From NCBI GenBank assembly GCA_036501935.1, contig DASXZL010000050.1, forward strand, positions 6,620 through 70,619: DNA of 64,000 nucleotides, given 5' to 3'. Source of the DNA: Polyangiaceae bacterium (GTDB taxonomy: Bacteria; Myxococcota_A; Polyangia; Polyangiales; Polyangiaceae). Numbering within the stretch: position 1 is the stretch's first letter; each line of letters opens with the position of its first letter. The notes beneath the pieces were generated by a model. That model did not search any database and was not told where the DNA came from. It worked only from the letters and a program-made list of their open reading frames with translations. Positions 38,315 through 45,938 of this stretch are shown in pieces. Made by a program: the position numbers and the translations under genes.

Positions 38315-39055
38315 ATGAAGCGCTTCTTCGTGGTGTGTGTCACGTGCGCGTTGCCGGCGTGCAGCAGCAGCAGCGGCGGGGAGACGCCGGGCGGCGGACA
38401 GGACGCCGGCGGCCACGACGCGACCGGCGACGTCTCGGTGGCCCCGGACGGGTCTGTGGCGGTCGACGCGAGCCCCGAGGCGGGCGTCGACGCGAGCCTG
38501 GAGGCGGGCGCCGACGCGTCCGTCGAGAGCGGCACGGGGGACGCGGCGGAAGATGCGTCGGACGGAGGCTGCCCCGCGAGCTGGCTGGTCGCGCCCACCG
38601 TCGATCCCTCGATCGCCGTGCCGGCCGACGGGGGGAGCGTGCTGCTCCACGCGTCCGGCAGCGGAACGCAGAACTACACGTGCACGGCGGGCACCGACGG
38701 CGGCGCATCGTGGGTGCTGACGGGCCCCAGCGCCAATCTGAACGACTGCACCGGGACCCTCGTCGGCCACCACTTCGCGAGCGACGGCGGCGCGGCTTTT
38801 CCCGAGTGGCAGACGCTCGACGGGACGTACGTGGTCGGACACAAGCTCGCTCCGTTCACTCCGGACGGCGGCTCCGGATCGGTTCCGTGGCTGTTGCTCC
38901 AGGGGGTCGACCACGGAGGAACCGGCACGCTGAGCGAGGTGGCGTACGTCCAGCGGCTGTTCACCGACGGCGGCAACGCGCCCGCATCGGCCTGCGACGC
39001 GGGCGACACCGTGGAGGTTCCGTACGGGGCCAGTTACTACTTCTACGGGCCCTGA
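38315..39055 (+). CDS. DUF3455-like secreted lipoprotein
   Basis: Lipobox VTCALPAC and an Asp/Ala/Gly-rich linker. The core then has GTQNYTC, WVLTGPSANL, GHHF, PWLLL and the C-terminal YYFYGP, as I recall for DUF3455. Confidence 0.6.
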   Translation: MKRFFVVCVTCALPACSSSSGGETPGGGQDAGGHDATGDVSVAPDGSVAVDASPEAGVDASLEAGADASVESGTGDAAEDASDGGCPASWLVAPTVDPSIAVPADGGSVLLHASGSGTQNYTCTAGTDGGASWVLTGPSANLNDCTGTLVGHHFASDGGAAFPEWQTLDGTYVVGHKLAPFTPDGGSGSVPWLLLQGVDHGGTGTLSEVAYVQRLFTDGGNAPASACDAGDTVEVPYGASYYFYGP

Positions 39056-39229
39056 CGCTCATGCTCCAGCGCGCTCGGCGGCCATGCCACGAAGCTCACG
39101 CCGTTCACGAGGAAGCACCACCCTTCGTCGCGATGAGTGAAATGGACCTGAGCGCATTGCTCACCGCTCGCTCGCGGCTACTCTGGACGCATGCTGCGCG
39201 GCTCGACGGGCGAGCTCCCGTTCTAGACG

Positions 39230-40363
39230 ATGCGCGCCTTTGCCCTCCTCGCGCTGGCGGCGCTCGCGGCGACTGGCTGCGGCAACTCCAGTCGTGCGTC
39301 CGGCTCCCCCGAAGGCGGGGCCGCCGACGCGTCGGGCGACGTCGAGCCCGGCGACGCGTCCGCCTGCGCGCCCGACGGCGAGGGCCTCGACGCGGGGTCC
39401 TACCCCGTCCCCACGCCCGCCTCGATCCAGTTCGCGGCGAAGGCGGCGCTCCCGAGCGGCGAGCAGCTCCTCTTCAACGACTGGAACCCGTCGCCCAACA
39501 CGGTGAGCTCCCTCACGCCCGACGGCGCGACGAAGACACCGGTGTTCGCCGTCTACCGCGCCTGGAGCATGGGCGTCTCGCACGACGCGAAGAGCATCGC
39601 CTTCTCGTGCGGCGATCCGGACCAGCAGGCCGACTTCGGCCTCCAGATCGGCGACTCGATCCAGCAGACGTGGATCTACGACGTCGCCTCGCAGGCCATC
39701 CACCTCGTCGCCCACGGGAACATCAACGACGAGTGCCACACCTTCGGCCCGGGCGACACGGCCCTCTGGGTCTGCCGCCGGTACGACTTCGCGGAGACGG
39801 GCGACGCCAGCGACCTCACGGGGACGAACAAAGGCTACCGCATCGGATGGATCGAGCTGGCGACGGGCGCGTTCTCGTTTCTGACGCCGGACGACTCGGC
39901 CTCGTCGACGTACGCGCTCTACCCGCAGCCGACGGCGGACGGCCGGAGCGTCTACTACTCCACGACGCAGGACGTCAGCGCGACCCAGACCAGGAGCACC
40001 GTCCTCGACGCGCCCCTCTGCGGCGGCGCGACCGCGAACATCCGCGACGCGGCGGGCGAGCCCGTCCTCTCGCCCGACGGAACGAGATACGTCTACGCGG
40101 ACGAAACGCAGACGGGCGCGCTCCACGCGAGCACCCTCGACGGCAAGACGGACGTCACGATCACCACCGCGGCAGGTACGAACGCCGTGTGGTCGCCCGA
40201 CGGGACGAAGGTCGCCTACCTCGTCTACGACGGCGCCGCGGGCTGCCAGCACATCGACGTCGTGAAGAGCGACGGCAGCAGCGCGGCCACCCCGACGCGC
40301 CTGAGGGACTGCAGCAAGACCGGCGAGTTCATCACCGAGCTAGCCTGGTTCGTGAACCCCTAG
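39230..40363 (+). CDS. TolB-like / WD40-like beta-propeller lipoprotein
   Basis: Lipobox LAATGC. Repeated PD40-like strands are present (VLSPDGTRYVYAD, AVWSPDGTKVAYLVY, SLTPDGATK). Confidence 0.6.
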   Translation: MRAFALLALAALAATGCGNSSRASGSPEGGAADASGDVEPGDASACAPDGEGLDAGSYPVPTPASIQFAAKAALPSGEQLLFNDWNPSPNTVSSLTPDGATKTPVFAVYRAWSMGVSHDAKSIAFSCGDPDQQADFGLQIGDSIQQTWIYDVASQAIHLVAHGNINDECHTFGPGDTALWVCRRYDFAETGDASDLTGTNKGYRIGWIELATGAFSFLTPDDSASSTYALYPQPTADGRSVYYSTTQDVSATQTRSTVLDAPLCGGATANIRDAAGEPVLSPDGTRYVYADETQTGALHASTLDGKTDVTITTAAGTNAVWSPDGTKVAYLVYDGAAGCQHIDVVKSDGSSAATPTRLRDCSKTGEFITELAWFVNP

Positions 40364-40496
40364 TACGTCGCCGCAGAGGTTCTGACGGGATCGTCTTCGT
40401 CGGCGCCGCGGTTTCCGGCGGAAACGTGCAGCGATACAGCTGGTTACGGGGTGCGCTCGGGGAGGAAAGAACACCGGCGCGACGCTTCGACCTGCG

Positions 40497-41252
40497 AATG
40501 CGTCGTCTTGTCGACCGAATGCGTCATCTTGTCTTCGAGGCGGCGCATCGTCTCGACTGAATGCGCGATCTTGTCTTCGAGGAATCGCATCTCGTCGACG
40601 GGATGGCGCGACTTGAAGACGAGACGACGCATCTTGAAGACAGGAAGGCGCTTCTTGTCGACAAGCTGCGCTACTCGGTCGACAAGGCGTGTCACGCTGA
40701 AGACGAGACGGGGCATCTTGTCTTGGCGATGCGTCGTCTCGAGACCAAGAAGCCGCTTCCGACGACTCGGGAGCGTCATCGTCTCGACAAGACGCCGCAT
40801 CTCGTCGAGCCGATGCGTCTTCTTGTCTTCGCGATGCGTCGCCCTGAAGACAAGGTGACGCATCTCGAGAACAAGACGACGCATCGTGAGTTGTCGCCGC
40901 GTCTCCCGTCCACTCGGGAGCCGCTTTTGCTCTTCAAGACGACGCACTCGGTCTTCAAGACGACGCACTTGCTCTTCAAGACGACGCGTTCGTCGAACGA
41001 GGAGCCGCTCTTCCTCGACAAGACGGCGGTTTCACTGAGCAAATTGGCGCTCTTGCTCGAAACAACGGCTCCTTCGTCGACCCGCGAGCCGCACCCGGTT
41101 CGACGAATGCGGCGCGGAGAGGTGAACGAGCATCGGCGAGAACGGCCGGACACGCATTTCGTCGTCCCGCGTGACCACGATGAGGATCCGATGCTCCATC
41201 GCGTCGATGCGCGTGGGCGCCTCGTCTTCATCACGAGCGCCTCGTGAGACTT
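40497..41252. repeat. Phase-locked array of degenerate 21-bp repeats (at least 28 clear units, up to about 36), consensus about GAYGNCGCATCTTGTCGACAA
   Basis: I segmented the region by hand into consecutive 21-mers and needed no indel. The core occurs in both orientations (ATGCGTCGTCTTGTC and GACAAGACGACGCAT). A perfect palindrome CTTGTCGACAAG sits at 40655-40666. Three near-identical units lie at 40938-41000. G+C is lower than in the flanks. Confidence 0.85.
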
Positions 41253-41383
41253 CGCGCGGCCCATGGCAATCTCGTTCGTGCGCGTGGGAGCCTCGGGCAA
41301 ACGATCGAAACCTCCGTGGCGAGGTCCTAAATCGCCGAGCGTGATTGTCGGGTCAAACGCCACCCGATGCCGCGCCAGCGGCA

Positions 41384-41486
41384 TCAGCACCGCGAGCGTG
41401 AGCGAGCGGTGAGCGACTAAGCTCGCGGCGCGGAGTGCCGTGTGCCAGCGACGCGGCTCACCGCTCGCTCACGCTCGCGGTGCTGA
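41384..41486. repeat. 31-bp perfect inverted repeat (stem) separated by a 41-nt loop
   Basis: The arm at 41384-41414, tcagcaccgcgagcgtgagcgagcggtgagc, is the exact reverse complement of 41456-41486, gctcaccgctcgctcacgctcgcggtgctga. It lies about 95-195 nt downstream of the stop of the minus-strand gene ending at 41579. Confidence 0.9.
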
Positions 41487-41578
41487 CGGCGGCTACGCCG
41501 CCCGTGCGAGACCCATCGAGAATCGCGCTCGCTAGCGCTCGCTCATTTAGATGCCCCAGCGGCGCCCCTCCGCGCGCG

Positions 41579-43537
41579 TCAGAACGCGTACACGATGTCG
41601 AGCCCCTGCGTCGACAAGCTGGCCACGGGCTTCGCCCCCTTCTCGAACGCGAGCGACATCCCGACCCCCGTCCCGATGGCGATCGGCGCCTTCCACGGCG
41701 CATACCGGAGGGCCCACATGGGCGTGAAGATGACCATGGTCATCGGGTAGTTCGGCGACAGCGAGCCGATGAAGTTGAGCTCGGGCCCCATCGCGAACGG
41801 CGCGACATCGTGCACGAAGTAGATGACGTCGAGGAAGAGATCCGACCCGATGCGGTTGTTGGTCGCCCCCTTGATGCCGGTGAGGGGCGAGGTCGGCGTG
41901 CCGTTGCCGTCGTACGTGAAACCGAGACCCACGGTCGTCGCGAGGTGGTCCACCGGGAAGTACCCGAGGAGCGCCGCCGGCGTCGTGCTGACGGCGGCGC
42001 CCGTGTAGAAGGCGCCCTGCGGCCCGAGGATGGCGGGCTTCGTCGACGAGGGCTTGGGCGTCGTCTTCTCACCGGCGGGCGGCGTGTCGGCCGAGGGCAC
42101 GTCGTCGTCCTGCGCGCGCGCCGGGCTGGAGAAGAGCAGCGTGAAGACGCCCGCGAAGAGCGCCGCCGCCGTCAGGGCCTTCGCCCGAGCCCTCCTTCTG
42201 CGGAGACTCGCCCCGATCCCGAGCGCCACGAGCGCGAGCACCGGCGTCGCCGCGCCCGCGTCTCCCGGGACCATGCTGCACCCCGGCATCGTCGGAGCCA
42301 CTGCGGGACCCGCGTCCGGCGCGTCCCCGGTCCCTCCGCCGCCTGAGCCCGAGGCCGCGGCCGTGCCCACGGTGCCGCCGTCCGCGGAGACGGCGCCGCT
42401 GCTGCTGCCGCCAGCGCCGCCGCTGCTGCTGCTGCTACTTCCGCCGCTGCCGCCGGACGACGTGCTTCCACCGGATCCGCCGCTGCTCGAGCCACCGCTC
42501 GAACCGCTGCTCGAGCCGCCGCCGGGCGAGGGCGCGAGACCGAAGAAGCTCGCGACGTAGGCCACGGCGCAGGTCTTCTCGTCGACGAAGTACGTGCTGG
42601 CCGTGCCGCACCCGCTCGCCGTATCGATGGCCACCGCGTGGCTCATGCCCGTGATGGAATACGACTCGACCTGCACGACGCCGCTTCCGTCCGCGTACTC
42701 GTCGTGCGGAAAGCCGTTCACCGTGCCGGACGTCGTCGCCGTCGCGCTCGCGCCGGTGAGGTTCGCCCACTGCTGCACGATCTCGCCGAGGTTCGCCGTG
42801 TTCACGGTGGTGTCGGCCGAGCCTTGCCACACCGAGAGACGCGGGTACGGGCCCGCGTACCCGGGAAAGCCCTTCTTCGCGAGCGCGCCCCACTGCGCCG
42901 GCGTGTTCGTCGTCGCCCCGTCCATGCACGTGTACGCGCTCGAGAGCGTCGTCGCGCACCCGAAGGGGACGCCCGAGAACGAGGCCCCGGCGGCGAAGAC
43001 GTCGGGGTACATCGCGAGCAGCGCCACGGCGTAGGCGGCGCCGGCGGAGAAGCCCGTGACGAAGACGCGCTTCGCGTCGACCGAGTAGGTCGACTTCATG
43101 TAGGTGACCATCTGCGCGACGGACTCCGCCTCACCCTGCCCGCGCGTGATGTCCGCCGTGCTGCCCGACGTGTTGCCGAACCAGTTGAAGCAGCTCTCGA
43201 TGTTGTTCGACGATTGCTGCTGCGGATAGACGACGTAGAACTTGTACGTGTCGGCGAGCGCGTCCCAGCCGGCCGCCTCGTAGTCGGCCGCCGTCTGGGT
43301 GCACCCGTGGAGCGCGAGCACGACGGGCGCGTTCGCGGGCACGCCCGACGGCACGTACGTGTACATGAGGAGGCTGCCCGGGTTCGAGCCGAAGCTCGTG
43401 ACGGCCTGCAGCGTGCTGACGGCCTGGGCGGTGCTGTCGACGATCTCCGCGCCGGGACCGCCGGCCGCGCAGGAGGCGACCGAGAGCGCGAGCCCGGCGA
43501 GGACGAGTGGACGAAGGACGAACGGACGGGGATTCAT
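41579..43537 (-). CDS. PHB-depolymerase-family esterase with Gly/Ser linker and MYXO-CTERM-like tail, continuing in frame into a second signal peptide and an outer-membrane beta-barrel-like domain
   Basis: Single uninterrupted 652-aa track ORF. Signal/lipobox LALSVASC. Esterase blocks LALHGCTQTA and VTGFSAGAA (GxSxG). An (S/G)n linker leads to PGCSMVPGDAGAATPVLALVALGIGASLRRRRA. Then KALTAAALFAGVFTLLFSSPARA-QDDD follows. A beta-strand-rich region ends the ORF in …LDIVYAF. Confidence 0.7.
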   Translation of the reverse strand: MNPRPFVLRPLVLAGLALSVASCAAGGPGAEIVDSTAQAVSTLQAVTSFGSNPGSLLMYTYVPSGVPANAPVVLALHGCTQTAADYEAAGWDALADTYKFYVVYPQQQSSNNIESCFNWFGNTSGSTADITRGQGEAESVAQMVTYMKSTYSVDAKRVFVTGFSAGAAYAVALLAMYPDVFAAGASFSGVPFGCATTLSSAYTCMDGATTNTPAQWGALAKKGFPGYAGPYPRLSVWQGSADTTVNTANLGEIVQQWANLTGASATATTSGTVNGFPHDEYADGSGVVQVESYSITGMSHAVAIDTASGCGTASTYFVDEKTCAVAYVASFFGLAPSPGGGSSSGSSGGSSSGGSGGSTSSGGSGGSSSSSSGGAGGSSSGAVSADGGTVGTAAASGSGGGGTGDAPDAGPAVAPTMPGCSMVPGDAGAATPVLALVALGIGASLRRRRARAKALTAAALFAGVFTLLFSSPARAQDDDVPSADTPPAGEKTTPKPSSTKPAILGPQGAFYTGAAVSTTPAALLGYFPVDHLATTVGLGFTYDGNGTPTSPLTGIKGATNNRIGSDLFLDVIYFVHDVAPFAMGPELNFIGSLSPNYPMTMVIFTPMWALRYAPWKAPIAIGTGVGMSLAFEKGAKPVASLSTQGLDIVYAF

Positions 43538-43555
43538 GGCGGGCTCCTTGAGCGG

Positions 43556-44818
43556 TCAGGCGGCTTCGAGGACAGCGAGATCGGGGGCGGCGGAGGCGGT
43601 CGTGGCGTGGGAGTGGCGGCGTCCGGCGAGGACGACGACGGCGAGCGCGACCTCGCAGCCGCCGGCGACGAAGGCGAGCGCGGTGGCGAGGGAGATGTGG
43701 GCGTAGGCCGCGAGCGCCGCGGTGGCCGTGGGGACGAGGGCCGCGAGGGCGGCGCCCGCGTGGTAGACGATGCCGACGTACCGCGCGCGCACCTCGGCCG
43801 GGAACATGCCGGTGAGGAACATCGGGACGACGCCGCAGAAGCCCGCCCCGAGCGCCCCGCCGAGGAAGGCGCCGGCGGCGAGCATCCCCGGGACCGCGCC
43901 GACGTAGAGCGGAATCGCGAGCACGGAGAGGAGCGCCGGAAGGGTGATGGCGAGGGCCACGCCGCGCCGGGCCGCGAGCGCGCCGCAGGCGACCGAGCCC
44001 GCGAGCATGCCGACGTTGAAGAGCGCGACGAGCCAGGCCACGCGGCCGGCGTCCGCGCCGAGCTCCGTGCGGAGCACCGTGGGGTAGAGCGCCGTCAGGC
44101 CGTAGTAGGCGCCGAAGCCGAGGCCCATCGCGCCCGTGGCCCACGCGAGCTTCGCGAGGGACCGGGGATCGAGCGCCGGCCGCGCGGGCCGGGACGACCT
44201 CGCGCGCCGCGCCGCCGCCCACTCGCGGCTCTCGACGATGCCGAGACGGATGGGGATGACGAGGAGCGCCGGGAGCGCCGCGCAGACGAAGAGCGCACGC
44301 CAGCCCCAGAGCGGCAGCACGACGGCGGAGACCCCGGCCGCGAGCAGGTACCCGACGGCCCAGCTCCCCTGGAGGACGCCCGAAGCGATGCCGCGGCTGC
44401 GGGCGGGCCAGTTCTCCATGGCGAGCGTCGTCCCGGAGGTCCACTCGGCGCCCATGCCCAGGCCGAAGAGCGTGCGAAGCACGAGGATCCACGCGAAGGA
44501 CGGCGCGAGCGCGACGGCGCCGTCGCACATCGCGAACCACACGATGGAGATCATCAGCGGGAGCTTGCGGCCCCAGCGGTCCGCGGCGGCGCCCGCGAAG
44601 AAGCCGCCCGCGAGCCTGGCGAAGAGCGTCAGCGTGATGGAGCCCGCCGTGGCGACGACCTGGACGTGGAAGTCGCGCGAGATGTTGGGCATGACGAGCA
44701 TGAAGATCGTGAAGTCGAACGCGTCGAGGACCCATCCGGCCCACGCCGCGCCGAAAGCGCACCACTGCGCGCGCGTCGGCTCCTTCCACCACGGGACATC
44801 GTTCATCGCGGCCTCCAT
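43556..44818 (-). CDS. MFS transporter
   Basis: About twelve hydrophobic segments. MFS loop 2-3 motif GFFAGAAADRWGRK. Overall similarity to the sugar-acid/sialate symporter subgroup. Confidence 0.85.
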   Translation of the reverse strand: MEAAMNDVPWWKEPTRAQWCAFGAAWAGWVLDAFDFTIFMLVMPNISRDFHVQVVATAGSITLTLFARLAGGFFAGAAADRWGRKLPLMISIVWFAMCDGAVALAPSFAWILVLRTLFGLGMGAEWTSGTTLAMENWPARSRGIASGVLQGSWAVGYLLAAGVSAVVLPLWGWRALFVCAALPALLVIPIRLGIVESREWAAARRARSSRPARPALDPRSLAKLAWATGAMGLGFGAYYGLTALYPTVLRTELGADAGRVAWLVALFNVGMLAGSVACGALAARRGVALAITLPALLSVLAIPLYVGAVPGMLAAGAFLGGALGAGFCGVVPMFLTGMFPAEVRARYVGIVYHAGAALAALVPTATAALAAYAHISLATALAFVAGGCEVALAVVVLAGRRHSHATTASAAPDLAVLEAA

Positions 44819-44985
44819 GTCGGCGCGTCCCGTTCAGCAACGGTCGGGCCAGGGGCGGGATCGCGCGGAATGCGCGAGAACGGGCCCGTGCCGCGGATGG
44901 GCGCGTCACGCGCGACGCGGCTGGCTGGCGGGTCCCCTGCGTCACCGGCGACGCCGGGCGGCTCTGCTAGCCTCCAGCCCGAACG

Positions 44986-45603
44986 ATGTTCCCCATCGAC
45001 ATTCCGCCCGGCACCACGATCGAGTCGCTCATCACGGACGTCGTCCCCGCCCTGCACGCGCGCTTCGTCGGCGCCGACGCGCCGGCCGATCTCTACACGG
45101 TCACCGTGCGGATCGAGGGGCGCGGCGGCTGGACGGTGCGCGTCCGCGGCTGCGCGATGACGGTCGAGGAGGGCGAGGCCGAACGGCCGACGCTCTGGAT
45201 GCACGCGACCGAGCGCGCGGTCGAGCGTTTCCTCGAGGACGCGCTGGGCCCGCGGCGGCTCATGCCGAAGTTCGCGCCCGCGGGCGGGGTGACGACGATG
45301 AGCGATCCCCGCGTCCTCAAGCGCGTCGCCATGGCCAGCGGCCGCATCGAGCTCGCGCTCGTCGACGTGGACGGCGAGCGCCTCGCCATCGCGTTCGGCT
45401 TCGGCGACGCCGCGCGCAAGCCCATCGATCCCGACGACGCCAACGTCGTCGTCGAGGCGCGCCTGCAGACGGTGGAGCGCGTCCTCCGCGGCGAGCTCGG
45501 CCCGGAAGACGCCCTCGCCGACGGCGACGTGAAGGTCCGCGGCAACCGCTTCCTCGCGATGCAGCTCGCCCTCGCCGTCGCGCCGTTCTACCCCGCCCAA
45601 TGA
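44986..45603 (+). CDS. SCP2 (sterol-carrier-protein-2)-like domain protein
   Basis: The C-terminal segment LRGELGPEDALADGDVKVRGNRFLAMQL is typical of SCP2 domains. Confidence 0.55.
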   Translation: MFPIDIPPGTTIESLITDVVPALHARFVGADAPADLYTVTVRIEGRGGWTVRVRGCAMTVEEGEAERPTLWMHATERAVERFLEDALGPRRLMPKFAPAGGVTTMSDPRVLKRVAMASGRIELALVDVDGERLAIAFGFGDAARKPIDPDDANVVVEARLQTVERVLRGELGPEDALADGDVKVRGNRFLAMQLALAVAPFYPAQ

Positions 45604-45923
45604 GCCGGGGACCCGCCGGGGCTCTCCTCCTTCTGGTCGCGCTCGTCGCGTGCCGCGGCAACGCGTCGCCCGAGGACTGCAAGGCCATGACCTCCCGCTA
45701 CCTCGATCTGGCCGTGAAGGAGACGCCGCGGACGGCGACGATGTCTCCGGCCGAGGTCGCCGCGGTGCGGGACGTCGAGCAGGGGCTCAAGCGTGCCGTC
45801 CCCGCCTACCGTTTCGTGCAGGACCACTGCGAGGCTGTAACGAGGGCGGAAAGCTCGTGCGCCCTCGACGCCGACGGAACGCGCGCCTGGGAGGCCTGCG
45901 TGCACCTGCCGGACGCGCGGTGA
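45600..45923 (+). CDS. Small hypothetical lipoprotein (107 aa)
   Basis: ATG 45600 overlaps the upstream stop as ATGA. Lipobox LLLLVALVAC. Four further Cys residues. Confidence 0.5.
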   Translation: MSRGPAGALLLLVALVACRGNASPEDCKAMTSRYLDLAVKETPRTATMSPAEVAAVRDVEQGLKRAVPAYRFVQDHCEAVTRAESSCALDADGTRAWEACVHLPDAR

Positions 45924-45938
45924 TATGGTCCCGGCCCG

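Noticed and set aside
39158-39176. A third copy of the inverted-repeat arm (gctcaccgctcgctc…) upstream of the TolB-like gene. It would suggest that 39158-41486 is a repeat-flanked cassette.
   Set aside because: Only about 15 nt match exactly. In 64 kb of GC-biased sequence on two strands, several such matches are expected by chance. No integrase or transposase lies between the copies.
40411-40425. Palindrome gtttccggcggaaac downstream of the TolB-like gene, read as an intrinsic terminator.
   Set aside because: After allowing a minimal loop, only about 5 bp of stem remain. There is no T-tract.
40497-41252. The 21-bp repeat array read as a CRISPR array.
   Set aside because: The units are contiguous with no intervening unique spacers. 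They are degenerate rather than near-identical. No cas genes are present in the window.
42330-42530. GCT/GCC/GGA-rich DNA low-complexity tract read as a non-coding microsatellite.
   Set aside because: It lies inside the esterase ORF, in frame, and encodes the (Ser/Gly)n linker between the catalytic domain and the sorting tail.
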